A stretch of DNA of 64,000 nt, taken from the NCBI GenBank assembly GCA_965644495.1, contig CBFFSA010000027.1, positions 1 to 64,000 on the forward strand, written 5' to 3'. Position numbers and translations under genes: made by a program. Source of the stretch: Perkinsela sp. CCAP 1560/9. Lineage: Eukaryota > Protista > Euglenozoa: Kinetoplastea. This document shows, piece by piece, positions 1-10,616 of this stretch. Under the pieces are notes generated by a model. It searched no databases. It saw only the letters and a program-made list of their open reading frames with translations, and had not been told where the DNA came from. The stretch's first letter is position 1, and every line of letters starts with the position of its first letter.

Positions 1-120
1 CGATTTGTTTCAAATACTGTAAGTTTGATTGAAATGGCCAGGTACCTTAATTTCTTTTCATGGATAGGTGGTGACGATACTAAAGCAGTTGAATTCTTTG
101 AATTGCTTTATGAAGAATGA
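1..120 (+). CDS. possible 3' end of an unidentified host ORF
   Basis: Frame 1 is open from the window edge to TGA at 118-120 (RFVSNTVSLIEMARYLNFFSWIGGDDTKAVEFFELLYEE*); no recognisable motif. Confidence 0.2.
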   Translation, partial: RFVSNTVSLIEMARYLNFFSWIGGDDTKAVEFFELLYEE

Positions 121-195
121 TATTACATGATTTAGGAATTGGTTTCATTTTATGTATTCTTGTTCATTATGTGTGAGAAAGAAGACGCTGATTTC

Positions 196-405
196 CTTTT
201 GTTAAGACCCTTTCTTTTGTTAAGACCCTTTCTTTTGTTAAGACCCTTTCTTTTGTTAAGACCCTTTCTTTTGTTAAGACCCTTTCTTTTGTTAAGACCC
301 TTTCTTTTGTTAAGACCCTTTCTTTTGTTAAGACCCTTTCTTTTGTTAAGACCCTTTCTTTTGTTAAGACCCTTTCTTTTGTTAAGACCCTTTCTTTTGT
401 TAAGA
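196..405. repeat. 18-bp tandem repeat type 1 (TTAAGACCCTTTCTTTTG)n, ~11.5 units
   Basis: Direct inspection. Confidence 0.97.
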
Positions 406-2760
406 GGGCACTAATCTGGTGGAGGAGGCCAGCGACGTGTAACTTCCTTTAGCACTTGTAGCTCGTAATATGTCGGCTTGGCGTGGTTCTTCCATCAATT
501 TGTCGCGTATGTATTTGTGGTGCAGGTCTTCTGTTGTTGGTTCATCAGCGGAAGGGTTATTATGATTTGGCTGAGTAGTTAGCTGTGTGGCCAAACCCGT
601 GCAAGGGGCGCGAGCTGAAAGATATATTGGTCGCTCCTTTGCCATTTGCTTGGATTTAGTATACGCTGCTTCCCTAATTGGTTCGGAAGGAGTGATACCT
701 AACCCGCCTTTCTTAAGAGGAAGCCGTGTCCATGAGATTTGTTTTTCTGTTAGTCCGCCAAACCATGAGGAAAGAGTGTTGGAAACTTCTCCGTCAAATT
801 GTCTCGTGAGCTCCGATGTATTTTCCGGATGATGTACGCGGATATGATATCGGTGGCGTACATTAATGCACTTGGAAAGCAAAAGAACAGAAACATTGTT
901 TGCCCCCATTTGCTGAAGACGTCGGAATGCTGTACGGTGTTTTTGAAGCATCTGAACGAGTTTTTCGCTGACCAGATGACTGTCGCCCACGAATGCTCCT
1001 AGAACCTTTGTGGCGCCTGGCTCCCAGTTTACACCTTCCTGCATTAACTGATGCGGCAAAGGGATATGATTGATTCCCCCGAACCAAATACATTTACTGG
1101 AGGAAGTCTCTACGCGTTTCGACGTCAACAGTTCCTTAAGCCGTAAGAATGCATTGGATACCATTTCTGCGTCAGTCGATGCAAAATTGATGTCATCAAC
1201 GAATGCATAAATACGTAGCGTGGGAAATTCGGACGCGATTGTTTCCAAGATTGGTTGAAGAAAAGCGCAGAACAAGATAGTGGATAAGGGGGACCCTTGG
1301 CGCACGCCAGCAGCGCTCATTACAGTGTTGCAAAGTCGGCCATCTTTTCCATAGTAAAGCAGCTCGGATGGAGACCCGTACTCCGCATTGAAGAGACGTA
1401 AGAATGGACGTAGGCTGTGGAATCCAAAGACTGCTCTGGCAATCTCGTCCCGTGATGGGGAGTTGAAGGCGTTCTTAAGGTCAATCGATAAGATGGCGCA
1501 TCCTTCCGCGTAGCGTTCATCAAGTTCCTGCACAACTTTTTCGCAGCCGGATTTAATCATCACTCCGAACTGATGTGGCGAAAACAGAGGGGGTAATGTT
1601 TTCTCGTGGCGCTGTAGTAATACAATTTCGGCGATTTTGAGCCACACCTCACCGACGGCAATCGGTCGAATTCCTTGCGCTGTTTTCGGAATTGCGACGA
1701 GTCGCGCTCTTTTAAGACGCTTCATTACTTCTTCAGGCAGTACCCCGTTGATCAGGTCTGTGAACATATGAGTTAAGCTCAAACAGCAAACCTCATCGTC
1801 CAGGAGAATACGTAGTATCGAGTCCGTCGTACCCGTAGGCCCCGGTGAAGCACCTTTCGCGAGTCGTCTGCCAGCCTCTCTCAGCTCGCTGGGGGTAATG
1901 CATGCGGTGATAGGGGCGTCTTGTGGCAATCGGAAACTCGTTGGGAGATTCGGGTGGAGTGCTATGAGTTTTTCCACGATTTCTTCGTCGCTTTGTGATT
2001 TCGCCGTAATTTCTCGGTCCATAATTTGCGAAGCTTTCGAGACACACCCGTCGAGGACCAGGCTTGTCGCCTTTTTAATAGCGCGTTTATCGTTCGCGTC
2101 AGCGTTCGGTACAGTTCCTTCTGATCTTTGTAATTCATGATTCTCTTGCGATGATTCTTGATCGTCATGTGAGTCCAATGGACGGCGACGGCGGCGCTTC
2201 ACCGTAACTTTTCGAATAGTTGCCAGAGAGTATTTCATGGCAGAGAGAACTCTATGCCAGATGCGGTAGCGGTGTGGATAAGAACTATCGGCATATTCCC
2301 GCATTATGTCGCGATAAATCGCAACGACGCAAGGAATATATTCTGGAGACACTGTGCGTAATGTCGGCATCGGTTCGCGATCGAGATCGTCCTCAGTATG
2401 TTGTCGGCGCGAGTACGTTTTACTCGGTTCGCTATTCTGTTGTACGCGCGGTTCCCACAACAGTCGAAAGATGCGAACGTTGGAATGAGGGGGAATATGC
2501 CCATCAAACACCTCACCAATATTGTGTCCAATGATGCCTTCGTAACTTAACGCTAGTTTTCGAACGTTTCGCACTTTCCGAGATGTTTTAACAGTGCCAC
2601 TCGATACGTTTAGGATGGGCGTGCAGTCAAAGCTCCATGCTACCAGGCACCGATCCCCTGGCTTCGCGTTGTGAGACAATCTGGATACTTCGTCCGGGGG
2701 AATGGGAAAGTGAACAGCAGGATCAATTTCTTGACACATGGAGTTGGCAAGAATTGTCAA
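400..2760 (-). CDS. Reverse transcriptase, CRE/SLACS-like, C-terminally truncated (A copy 1)
   Basis: Motifs GASPGPTG, RPIAVGE, IDLKNAFN, GVRQGSPLS, FVDD, KVLG, LPLKKGGLG; the stop codon is supplied by the repeat. Confidence 0.9.
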   Translation of the reverse strand: MTILANSMCQEIDPAVHFPIPPDEVSRLSHNAKPGDRCLVAWSFDCTPILNVSSGTVKTSRKVRNVRKLALSYEGIIGHNIGEVFDGHIPPHSNVRIFRLLWEPRVQQNSEPSKTYSRRQHTEDDLDREPMPTLRTVSPEYIPCVVAIYRDIMREYADSSYPHRYRIWHRVLSAMKYSLATIRKVTVKRRRRRPLDSHDDQESSQENHELQRSEGTVPNADANDKRAIKKATSLVLDGCVSKASQIMDREITAKSQSDEEIVEKLIALHPNLPTSFRLPQDAPITACITPSELREAGRRLAKGASPGPTGTTDSILRILLDDEVCCLSLTHMFTDLINGVLPEEVMKRLKRARLVAIPKTAQGIRPIAVGEVWLKIAEIVLLQRHEKTLPPLFSPHQFGVMIKSGCEKVVQELDERYAEGCAILSIDLKNAFNSPSRDEIARAVFGFHSLRPFLRLFNAEYGSPSELLYYGKDGRLCNTVMSAAGVRQGSPLSTILFCAFLQPILETIASEFPTLRIYAFVDDINFASTDAEMVSNAFLRLKELLTSKRVETSSSKCIWFGGINHIPLPHQLMQEGVNWEPGATKVLGAFVGDSHLVSEKLVQMLQKHRTAFRRLQQMGANNVSVLLLSKCINVRHRYHIRVHHPENTSELTRQFDGEVSNTLSSWFGGLTEKQISWTRLPLKKGGLGITPSEPIREAAYTKSKQMAKERPIYLSARAPCTGLATQLTTQPNHNNPSADEPTTEDLHHKYIRDKLMEEPRQADILRATSAKGSYTSLASSTRLVPS

Positions 2761-2909
2761 CGACTCACTCGAAGATAGTGCCAGCGTCTTTGCTGAAGCA
2801 GTGTCGTCAGCGTTTCCTTCGCAGTCGAAAAATTGTTCTGGTTCTTCACTGTCGTTATGGTTATTGTTTTCCGACGGCGGGTTCTCGTGGTGTCCTTCCT
2901 CTTCTGCAT

Positions 2910-3830
2910 CTATCTGCTAATTCCTCTATCTGCTAAAACTGGTGCGTTTACCGTCGCTTTCTTGCCGCGTCGACAAAAAAGGTTCGAAAACAGGTCCTTC
3001 GAAAACAATTTCGCGAGTATTTTAACCGTTGCTTTGTTCGCTGGAGTTGGCGGGGGGAGCGGTGGAGGGAGAAGTGGGGTATGCGGCTGGGGGGTATGAG
3101 ACTCAGTTGTGATACGCGACTCGATGACTTCCTCCGGAAGAGGCGACGTGTTACACGGCTCAGAAATTCTATGCGACTCGATGTCCTGTGCAGCGGGGAG
3201 TTTCGCTAGCCTTTCTTGGCGTAAAGCTTCGTGAAATTCCCAGCGAGCTTGTTTGCGCTCTTTTCTTTGGAGGTAGAATTCTTCGTCAGAAAGAATCCGA
3301 GCTGACGGATTTAGCGGCCGCAGAACTATATCATTGATCGGTACCTCTGCGTCTTCTTCTCTAACGGCACCGGCTCTGTGTGGCGATCTGGGGGCGGGGG
3401 AGCAGGAAAGCGCCTTAGCATAAGTAAGCGAAGTGTCAGTTGACGAAAGCTTTTCCACCCTTTGCATTTGTTTTAAGATAGGCGAGGGGTTATCGGATCT
3501 TAGCGACGTGTTAGCCCTCACCCGCGCTCTCCGGGATAACGTGTGCATGCTGGTACGTGGAGGTGGTGGCGAAAAGGGATGCGCAGGCGGCGGTGGCGGA
3601 CATGTTCTCATTTTACACCGTACGGATGCTGACGTTGATGGTGGTGATGGCGTCGTCGGCGGTGGCGGCCGTGGTGGTGATTGTTCGGGTGATTGTTCGA
3701 GCGGCGGGGGTGGTGACGGTGGTGGTTGTGGGGTGGGCTTCTCTTTCTTCTTCCGGCGTGTGGGGGGAAGCGACTGGACAATGGGAGCTACCCCGGCATC
3801 CTTCGCCTTGGCACGCGTCAGCATGCCCAT
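2910..3830 (-). CDS. Pro-rich N-terminal ORF of family A copy 1
   Basis: First ATG 27 nt after the SL remnant; VLRPLNPSA matches the N-terminus of the single ORF of family C. Confidence 0.7.
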   Translation of the reverse strand: MGMLTRAKAKDAGVAPIVQSLPPTRRKKKEKPTPQPPPSPPPPLEQSPEQSPPRPPPPTTPSPPSTSASVRCKMRTCPPPPPAHPFSPPPPRTSMHTLSRRARVRANTSLRSDNPSPILKQMQRVEKLSSTDTSLTYAKALSCSPAPRSPHRAGAVREEDAEVPINDIVLRPLNPSARILSDEEFYLQRKERKQARWEFHEALRQERLAKLPAAQDIESHRISEPCNTSPLPEEVIESRITTESHTPQPHTPLLPPPLPPPTPANKATVKILAKLFSKDLFSNLFCRRGKKATVNAPVLADRGISR

Positions 3831-3857
3831 TTTCGGAAAAAGAGTAGGAAAAAAAAA

Positions 3858-3872
3858 CAACAAGGTACAGAA
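3858..3872 (-). other. Spliced-leader 3' remnant TTCTGTACCTTGTTG (also 7786-7800, 11711-11725, 15657-15671, 20161-20175)
   Basis: Identical to the 3' end of the longer SL-like copies at 36081 and 57896. Confidence 0.85.
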
Positions 3873-3874
3873 GG

Positions 3875-4333
3875 TTGTTAAGACCCTTTCTTTTGTTAAG
3901 ACCCCTTCTATTGTTAAGACCCTTTCTTTTGTTAAGACCCTTTCTTTTGTTAAGACCCTTTCTTTTGTTAAGACCCTTTCTTTTGTTAAGACCCTTTCTT
4001 TTGTTATGACCCTTTCTTTTGTTAAGACCCTTTCTTTTGTTAAGACCCTTTCTTTTGTTAAGACCCTTTCTTTTGTTAAGACCCTTTCTTTTGTTAAGAC
4101 CCTTTCTTTTGTTAAGACCCTTTCTTTTGTTAAGACCCTTTCTTTTGTTAAGACCCTTTCTTTTGTTAAGACCCTTTCTTTTGTTAAGACCCTTTCTTTT
4201 GTTAAGACCCTTTCTTTTGTTAAGACCCTTTCTTTTGTTAAGACCCTTTCTTTTGTTAAGACCCTTTCTTTTGTTAAGACCCTTTCTTTTGTTAAGACCC
4301 TTTCTTTTGTTAAGACCCTTTCTTTTGTTAAGA
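3875..4333. repeat. Type 1 18-bp repeat, ~25.5 units
   Basis: Direct inspection. Confidence 0.97.
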
Positions 4334-6688
4334 GGGCACTAATCTGGTGGAGGAGGCCAGCGACGTGTAACTTCCTTTAGCACTTGTAGCTCGTAATATG
4401 TCGGCTTGGCGTGGTTCTTCCATCAATTTGTCGCGTATGTATTTGTGGTGCAGGTCTTCTGTTGTTGGTTCATCGGCGGAAGGGTTATTATGATTTGGCT
4501 GAGTAGTTAGCTGTGTGGCCAAACCCGTGCAAGGGGCGGGAGCTGAAAGATATATTGGTCGCTCCGTTGCCATTTGCTTGGATTTAGTATACGCTGCTTC
4601 CCTAATTGGTTCGGAAGGAGTGATACCTAACCCGCCTTTCTTAAGAGGAAGCCGTGTCCATGAGATTTGTTTTTCTGTTAGTCCGCCAAACCATGAGGAA
4701 AGAGTGTTGGAAACTTCTCCGTCAAATTGTCTCGTGAGCTCCGATGTATTTTCCGGATGATGTACGCGGATATGATATCGGTGGCGTACATTAATGCACT
4801 TGGAAAGCAAAAGAACAGAAACATTGTTTGCCCCCATTTGCTGAAGACGTCGGAATGCTGTACGGTGTTTTTGAAGCATCTGAACGAGTTTTTCGCTGAC
4901 CAGATGACTGTCGCCCACGAATGCTCCTAGAACCTTTGTGGCGCCTGGCTCCCAGTTTACACCTTCCTGCATTAACTGATGCGGCAAAGGGATATGATTG
5001 ATTCCCCCGAACCAAATACATTTACTGGAGGAAGTCTCTACGCGTTTCGACGTCAACAGTTCCTTAAGCCGTAAGAATGCATTGGATACCATTTCTGCGT
5101 CAGTCGATGCAAAATTGATGTCATCAACGAATGCATAAATACGTAGCGTGGGAAATTCGGACGCGATTGTTTCCAAGATTGGTTGAAGAAAAGCGCAGAA
5201 CAAGATAGTGGATAAGGGGGACCCTTGGCGCACGCCAGCAGCGCTCATTACAGTGTTGCAAAGTCGGCCATCTTTTCCATAGTAAAGCAGCTCGGATGGA
5301 GACCCGTACTCCGCATTGAAGAGACGTAAGAATGGACGTAGGCTGTGGAATCCAAAGACTGCTCTGGCAATCTCGTCCCGTGATGGGGAGTTGAAGGCGT
5401 TCTTAAGGTCAATCGATAAGATGGCGCATCCTTCCGCGTAGCGTTCATCAAGTTCCTGCACAACTTTTTCGCAGCCGGATTTAATCATCACTCCGAACTG
5501 ATGTGGCGAAAACAGAGGGGGTAATGTTTTCTCGTGGCGCTGTAGTAATACAATTTCGGCGATTTTGAGCCACACCTCACCGACGGCAATCGGTCGAATT
5601 CCTTGCGCTGTTTTCGGAATTGCGACGAGTCGCGCTCTTTTAAGACGCTTCATTACTTCTTCAGGCAGTACCCCGTTGATCAGGTCTGTGAACATATGAG
5701 TTAAGCTCAAACAGCAAACCTCATCGTCCAGGAGAATACGTAGTATCGAGTCCGTCGTACCCGTAGGCCCCGGTGAAGCACCTTTCGCGAGTCGTCTGCC
5801 AGCCTCTCTCAGCTCGCTGGGGGTAATGCATGCGGTGATAGGGGCGTCTTGTGGCAATCGGAAACTCGTTGGGAGATTCGGGTGGAGTGCTATGAGTTTT
5901 TCCACGATTTCTTCGTCGCTTTGTGATTTCGCCGTAATTTCTCGGTCCATAATTTGCGAAGCTTTCGAGACACACCCGTCGAGGACCAGGCTTGTCGCCT
6001 TTTTAATAGCGCGTTTATCGTTCGCGTCAGCGTTCGGTACAGTTCCTTCTGATCTTTGTAATTCATGATTCTCTTGCGATGATTCTTGATCGTCATGTGA
6101 GTCCAATGGACGGCGACGGCGGCGCTTCACCGTAACTTTTCGAATAGTTGCCAGAGAGTATTTCATGGCAGAGAGAACTCTATGCCAGATGCGGTAGCGG
6201 TGTGGATAAGAACTATCGGCATATTCCCGCATTATGTCGCGATAAATCGCAACGACGCAAGGAATATATTCTGGAGACACTGTGCGTAATGTCGGCATCG
6301 GTTCGCGATCGAGATCGTCCTCAGTATGTTGTCGGCGCGAGTACGTTTTACTCGGTTCGCTATTCTGTTGTACGCGCGGTTCCCACAACAGTCGAAAGAT
6401 GCGAACGTTGGAATGAGGGGGAATATGCCCATCAAACACCTCACCAATATTGTGTCCAATGATGCCTTCGTAACTTAACGCTAGTTTTCGAACGTTTCGC
6501 ACTTTCCGAGATGTTTTAACAGTGCCACTCGATACGTTTAGGATGGGCGTGCAGTCAAAGCTCCATGCTACCAGGCACCGATCCCCTGGCTTCGCGTTGT
6601 GAGACAATCTGGATACTTCGTCCGGGGGAATGGGAAAGTGAACAGCAGGATCAATTTCTTGACACATGGAGTTGGCAAGAATTGTCAA
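4328..6688 (-). CDS. Reverse transcriptase, truncated (A copy 2)
   Basis: As copy 1. Confidence 0.9.
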   Translation of the reverse strand: MTILANSMCQEIDPAVHFPIPPDEVSRLSHNAKPGDRCLVAWSFDCTPILNVSSGTVKTSRKVRNVRKLALSYEGIIGHNIGEVFDGHIPPHSNVRIFRLLWEPRVQQNSEPSKTYSRRQHTEDDLDREPMPTLRTVSPEYIPCVVAIYRDIMREYADSSYPHRYRIWHRVLSAMKYSLATIRKVTVKRRRRRPLDSHDDQESSQENHELQRSEGTVPNADANDKRAIKKATSLVLDGCVSKASQIMDREITAKSQSDEEIVEKLIALHPNLPTSFRLPQDAPITACITPSELREAGRRLAKGASPGPTGTTDSILRILLDDEVCCLSLTHMFTDLINGVLPEEVMKRLKRARLVAIPKTAQGIRPIAVGEVWLKIAEIVLLQRHEKTLPPLFSPHQFGVMIKSGCEKVVQELDERYAEGCAILSIDLKNAFNSPSRDEIARAVFGFHSLRPFLRLFNAEYGSPSELLYYGKDGRLCNTVMSAAGVRQGSPLSTILFCAFLQPILETIASEFPTLRIYAFVDDINFASTDAEMVSNAFLRLKELLTSKRVETSSSKCIWFGGINHIPLPHQLMQEGVNWEPGATKVLGAFVGDSHLVSEKLVQMLQKHRTAFRRLQQMGANNVSVLLLSKCINVRHRYHIRVHHPENTSELTRQFDGEVSNTLSSWFGGLTEKQISWTRLPLKKGGLGITPSEPIREAAYTKSKQMATERPIYLSAPAPCTGLATQLTTQPNHNNPSADEPTTEDLHHKYIRDKLMEEPRQADILRATSAKGSYTSLASSTRLVPS

Positions 6689-7800
6689 CGACTCACTCGA
6701 AGATAGTGCCAGCGTCTTTGCTGAAGCAGTGTCGTCAGCGTTTCCTTCGCAGTCGAAAAATTGTTCTGGTTCTTCACTGTCGTTATGGTTATTGTTTTCC
6801 GACGGCGGGTTCTCGTGGTGTCCTTCCTCTTCTGCATCTATCTGCTAATTCCTCTATCTGCTAAAACTGGTGCGTTTACCGTCGCTTTCTTGCCGCGTCG
6901 ACAAAAAAGGTTCGAAAACAGGTCCTTCGAAAACAATTTCGCGAGTATTTTAACCGTTGCTTTGTTCGCTGGAGTTGGCGGGGGGAGCGGTGGAGGGAGA
7001 AGTGGGGTATGCGGCTGGGGGGTATGAGACTCAGTTGTGATACGCGACTCGATGACTTCCTCCGGAAGAGGCGACGTGTTACACGGCTCAGAAATTCTAT
7101 GCGACTCGATGTCCTGTGCAGCGGGGAGTTTCGCTAGCCTTTCTTGGCGTAAAGCTTCGTGAAATTCCCAGCGAGCTTGTTTGCGCTCTTTTCTTTGGAG
7201 GTAGAATTCTTCGTCAGAAAGAATCCGAGCTGACGGATTTAGCGGCCGCAGAACTATATCATTGATCGGTACCTCTGCGTCTTCTTCTCTAACGGCACCG
7301 GCTCTGTGTGGCGATCTGGGGGCGGGGGAGCAGGAAAGCGCCTTAGCATAAGTAAGCGAAGTGTCAGTTGACGAAAGCTTTTCCACCCTTTGCATTTGTT
7401 TTAAGATAGGCGAGGGGTTATCGGATCTTAGCGACGTGTTAGCCCTCACCCGCGCTCTCCGGGATAACGTGTGCATGCTGGTACGTGGAGGTGGTGGCGA
7501 AAAGGGATGCGCAGGCGGCGGTGGCGGACATGTTCTCATTTTACACCGTACGGATGCTGACGTTGATGGTGGTGATGGCGTCGTCGGCGGTGGCGGCCGT
7601 GGTGGTGATTGTTCGGGTGATTGTTCGAGCGGCGGGGGTGGTGACGGTGGTGGTTGTGGGGTGGGCTTCTCTTTCTTCTTCCGGCGTGTGGGGGGAAGCG
7701 ACTGGACAATGGGAGCTACCCCGGCATCCTTCGCCTTGGCACGCGTCAGCATGCCCATTTTCGGAAAAAGAGTAGGAAAAAAAAACAACAAGGTACAGAA
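4334..7800 (-). mobile_element. Family A copy 2
   Basis: Near-identical to copy 1, offset 3928 bp. Confidence 0.92.
6838..7758 (-). CDS. Pro-rich N-terminal ORF (A copy 2)
   Basis: As copy 1. Confidence 0.7.
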   Translation of the reverse strand: MGMLTRAKAKDAGVAPIVQSLPPTRRKKKEKPTPQPPPSPPPPLEQSPEQSPPRPPPPTTPSPPSTSASVRCKMRTCPPPPPAHPFSPPPPRTSMHTLSRRARVRANTSLRSDNPSPILKQMQRVEKLSSTDTSLTYAKALSCSPAPRSPHRAGAVREEDAEVPINDIVLRPLNPSARILSDEEFYLQRKERKQARWEFHEALRQERLAKLPAAQDIESHRISEPCNTSPLPEEVIESRITTESHTPQPHTPLLPPPLPPPTPANKATVKILAKLFSKDLFSNLFCRRGKKATVNAPVLADRGISR

Positions 7801-7802
7801 GG

Positions 7803-8261
7803 TTGTTAAGACCCTTTCTTTTGTTAAGACCCCTTCTATTGTTAAGACCCTTTCTTTTGTTAAGACCCTTTCTTTTGTTAAGACCCTTTCTTTTGTTAAG
7901 ACCCTTTCTTTTGTTAAGACCCTTTCTTTTGTTATGACCCTTTCTTTTGTTAAGACCCTTTCTTTTGTTAAGACCCTTTCTTTTGTTAAGACCCTTTCTT
8001 TTGTTAAGACCCTTTCTTTTGTTAAGACCCTTTCTTTTGTTAAGACCCTTTCTTTTGTTAAGACCCTTTCTTTTGTTAAGACCCTTTCTTTTGTTAAGAC
8101 CCTTTCTTTTGTTAAGACCCTTTCTTTTGTTAAGACCCTTTCTTTTGTTAAGACCCTTTCTTTTGTTAAGACCCTTTCTTTTGTTAAGACCCTTTCTTTT
8201 GTTAAGACCCTTTCTTTTGTTAAGACCCTTTCTTTTGTTAAGACCCTTTCTTTTGTTAAGA
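7803..8261. repeat. Type 1 18-bp repeat, ~25.5 units
   Basis: Direct inspection. Confidence 0.97.
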
Positions 8262-10616
8262 GGGCACTAATCTGGTGGAGGAGGCCAGCGACGTGTAACT
8301 TCCTTTAGCACTTGTAGCTCGTAATATGTCGGCTTGGCGTGGTTCTTCCATCAATTTGTCGCGTATGTATTTGTGGTGCAGGTCTTCTGTTGTTGGTTCA
8401 TCGGCGGAAGGGTTATTATGATTTGGCTGAGTAGTTAGCTGTGTGGCCAAACCCGTGCAAGGGGCGGGAGCTGAAAGATATATTGGTCGCTCCGTTGCCA
8501 TTTGCTTGGATTTAGTATACGCTGCTTCCCTAATTGGTTCGGAAGGAGTGATACCTAACCCGCCTTTCTTAAGAGGAAGCCGTGTCCATGAGATTTGTTT
8601 TTCTGTTAGTCCGCCAAACCATGAGGAAAGAGTGTTGGAAACTTCTCCGTCAAATTGTCTCGTGAGCTCCGATGTATTTTCCGGATGATGTACGCGGATA
8701 TGATATCGGTGGCGTACATTAATGCACTTGGAAAGCAAAAGAACAGAAACATTGTTTGCCCCCATTTGCTGAAGACGTCGGAATGCTGTACGGTGTTTTT
8801 GAAGCATCTGAACGAGTTTTTCGCTGACCAGATGACTGTCGCCCACGAATGCTCCTAGAACCTTTGTGGCGCCTGGCTCCCAGTTTACACCTTCCTGCAT
8901 TAACTGATGCGGCAAAGGGATATGATTGATTCCCCCGAACCAAATACATTTACTGGAGGAAGTCTCTACGCGTTTCGACGTCAACAGTTCCTTAAGCCGT
9001 AAGAATGCATTGGATACCATTTCTGCGTCAGTCGATGCAAAATTGATGTCATCAACGAATGCATAAATACGTAGCGTGGGAAATTCGGACGCGATTGTTT
9101 CCAAGATTGGTTGAAGAAAAGCGCAGAACAAGATAGTGGATAAGGGGGACCCTTGGCGCACGCCAGCAGCGCTCATTACAGTGTTGCAAAGTCGGCCATC
9201 TTTTCCATAGTAAAGCAGCTCGGATGGAGACCCGTACTCCGCATTGAAGAGACGTAAGAATGGACGTAGGCTGTGGAATCCAAAGACTGCTCTGGCAATC
9301 TCGTCCCGTGATGGGGAGTTGAAGGCGTTCTTAAGGTCAATCGATAAGATGGCGCATCCTTCCGCGTAGCGTTCATCAAGTTCCTGCACAACTTTTTCGC
9401 AGCCGGATTTAATCATCACTCCGAACTGATGTGGCGAAAACAGAGGGGGTAATGTTTTCTCGTGGCGCTGTAGTAATACAATTTCGGCGATTTTGAGCCA
9501 CACCTCACCGACGGCAATCGGTCGAATTCCTTGCGCTGTTTTCGGAATTGCGACGAGTCGCGCTCTTTTAAGACGCTTCATTACTTCTTCAGGCAGTACC
9601 CCGTTGATCAGGTCTGTGAACATATGAGTTAAGCTCAAACAGCAAACCTCATCGTCCAGGAGAATACGTAGTATCGAGTCCGTCGTACCCGTAGGCCCCG
9701 GTGAAGCACCTTTCGCGAGTCGTCTGCCAGCCTCTCTCAGCTCGCTGGGGGTAATGCATGCGGTGATAGGGGCGTCTTGTGGCAATCGGAAACTCGTTGG
9801 GAGATTCGGGTGGAGTGCTATGAGTTTTTCCACGATTTCTTCGTCGCTTTGTGATTTCGCCGTAATTTCTCGGTCCATAATTTGCGAAGCTTTCGAGACA
9901 CACCCGTCGAGGACCAGGCTTGTCGCCTTTTTAATAGCGCGTTTATCGTTCGCGTCAGCGTTCGGTACAGTTCCTTCTGATCTTTGTAATTCATGATTCT
10001 CTTGCGATGATTCTTGATCGTCATGTGAGTCCAATGGACGGCGACGGCGGCGCTTCACCGTAACTTTTCGAATAGTTGCCAGAGAGTATTTCATGGCAGA
10101 GAGAACTCTATGCCAGATGCGGTAGCGGTGTGGATAAGAACTATCGGCATATTCCCGCATTATGTCGCGATAAATCGCAACGACGCAAGGAATATATTCT
10201 GGAGACACTGTGCGTAATGTCGGCATCGGTTCGCGATCGAGATCGTCCTCAGTATGTTGTCGGCGCGAGTACGTTTTACTCGGTTCGCTATTCTGTTGTA
10301 CGCGCGGTTCCCACAACAGTCGAAAGATGCGAACGTTGGAATGAGGGGGAATATGCCCATCAAACACCTCACCAATATTGTGTCCAATGATGCCTTCGTA
10401 ACTTAACGCTAGTTTTCGAACGTTTCGCACTTTCCGAGATGTTTTAACAGTGCCACTCGATACGTTTAGGATGGGCGTGCAGTCAAAGCTCCATGCTACC
10501 AGGCACCGATCCCCTGGCTTCGCGTTGTGAGACAATCTGGATACTTCGTCCGGGGGAATGGGAAAGTGAACAGCAGGATCAATTTCTTGACACATGGAGT
10601 TGGCAAGAATTGTCAA
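8256..10616 (-). CDS. Reverse transcriptase, truncated (A copy 3)
   Basis: As copy 1. Confidence 0.9.
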   Translation of the reverse strand: MTILANSMCQEIDPAVHFPIPPDEVSRLSHNAKPGDRCLVAWSFDCTPILNVSSGTVKTSRKVRNVRKLALSYEGIIGHNIGEVFDGHIPPHSNVRIFRLLWEPRVQQNSEPSKTYSRRQHTEDDLDREPMPTLRTVSPEYIPCVVAIYRDIMREYADSSYPHRYRIWHRVLSAMKYSLATIRKVTVKRRRRRPLDSHDDQESSQENHELQRSEGTVPNADANDKRAIKKATSLVLDGCVSKASQIMDREITAKSQSDEEIVEKLIALHPNLPTSFRLPQDAPITACITPSELREAGRRLAKGASPGPTGTTDSILRILLDDEVCCLSLTHMFTDLINGVLPEEVMKRLKRARLVAIPKTAQGIRPIAVGEVWLKIAEIVLLQRHEKTLPPLFSPHQFGVMIKSGCEKVVQELDERYAEGCAILSIDLKNAFNSPSRDEIARAVFGFHSLRPFLRLFNAEYGSPSELLYYGKDGRLCNTVMSAAGVRQGSPLSTILFCAFLQPILETIASEFPTLRIYAFVDDINFASTDAEMVSNAFLRLKELLTSKRVETSSSKCIWFGGINHIPLPHQLMQEGVNWEPGATKVLGAFVGDSHLVSEKLVQMLQKHRTAFRRLQQMGANNVSVLLLSKCINVRHRYHIRVHHPENTSELTRQFDGEVSNTLSSWFGGLTEKQISWTRLPLKKGGLGITPSEPIREAAYTKSKQMATERPIYLSAPAPCTGLATQLTTQPNHNNPSADEPTTEDLHHKYIRDKLMEEPRQADILRATSAKGSYTSLASSTRLVPS

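Larger units (their letters stand above)
406..3872 (-). mobile_element. Non-LTR retrotransposon family A, copy 1 (SL remnant at 5' end, 3'-truncated before Zn-knuckle/endonuclease)
   Basis: RT ORF, upstream Pro-rich ORF, SL remnant 3858-3872; repeats with ~3.93-kb period. Confidence 0.92.

Noticed and set aside
400-2760. Bacterial retron, DGR, DRT or group II intron RT
   Set aside because: Relatives carry CCHC + RLE domains, poly(A) tails, TSDs and spliced leaders, all typical of eukaryotic non-LTR elements
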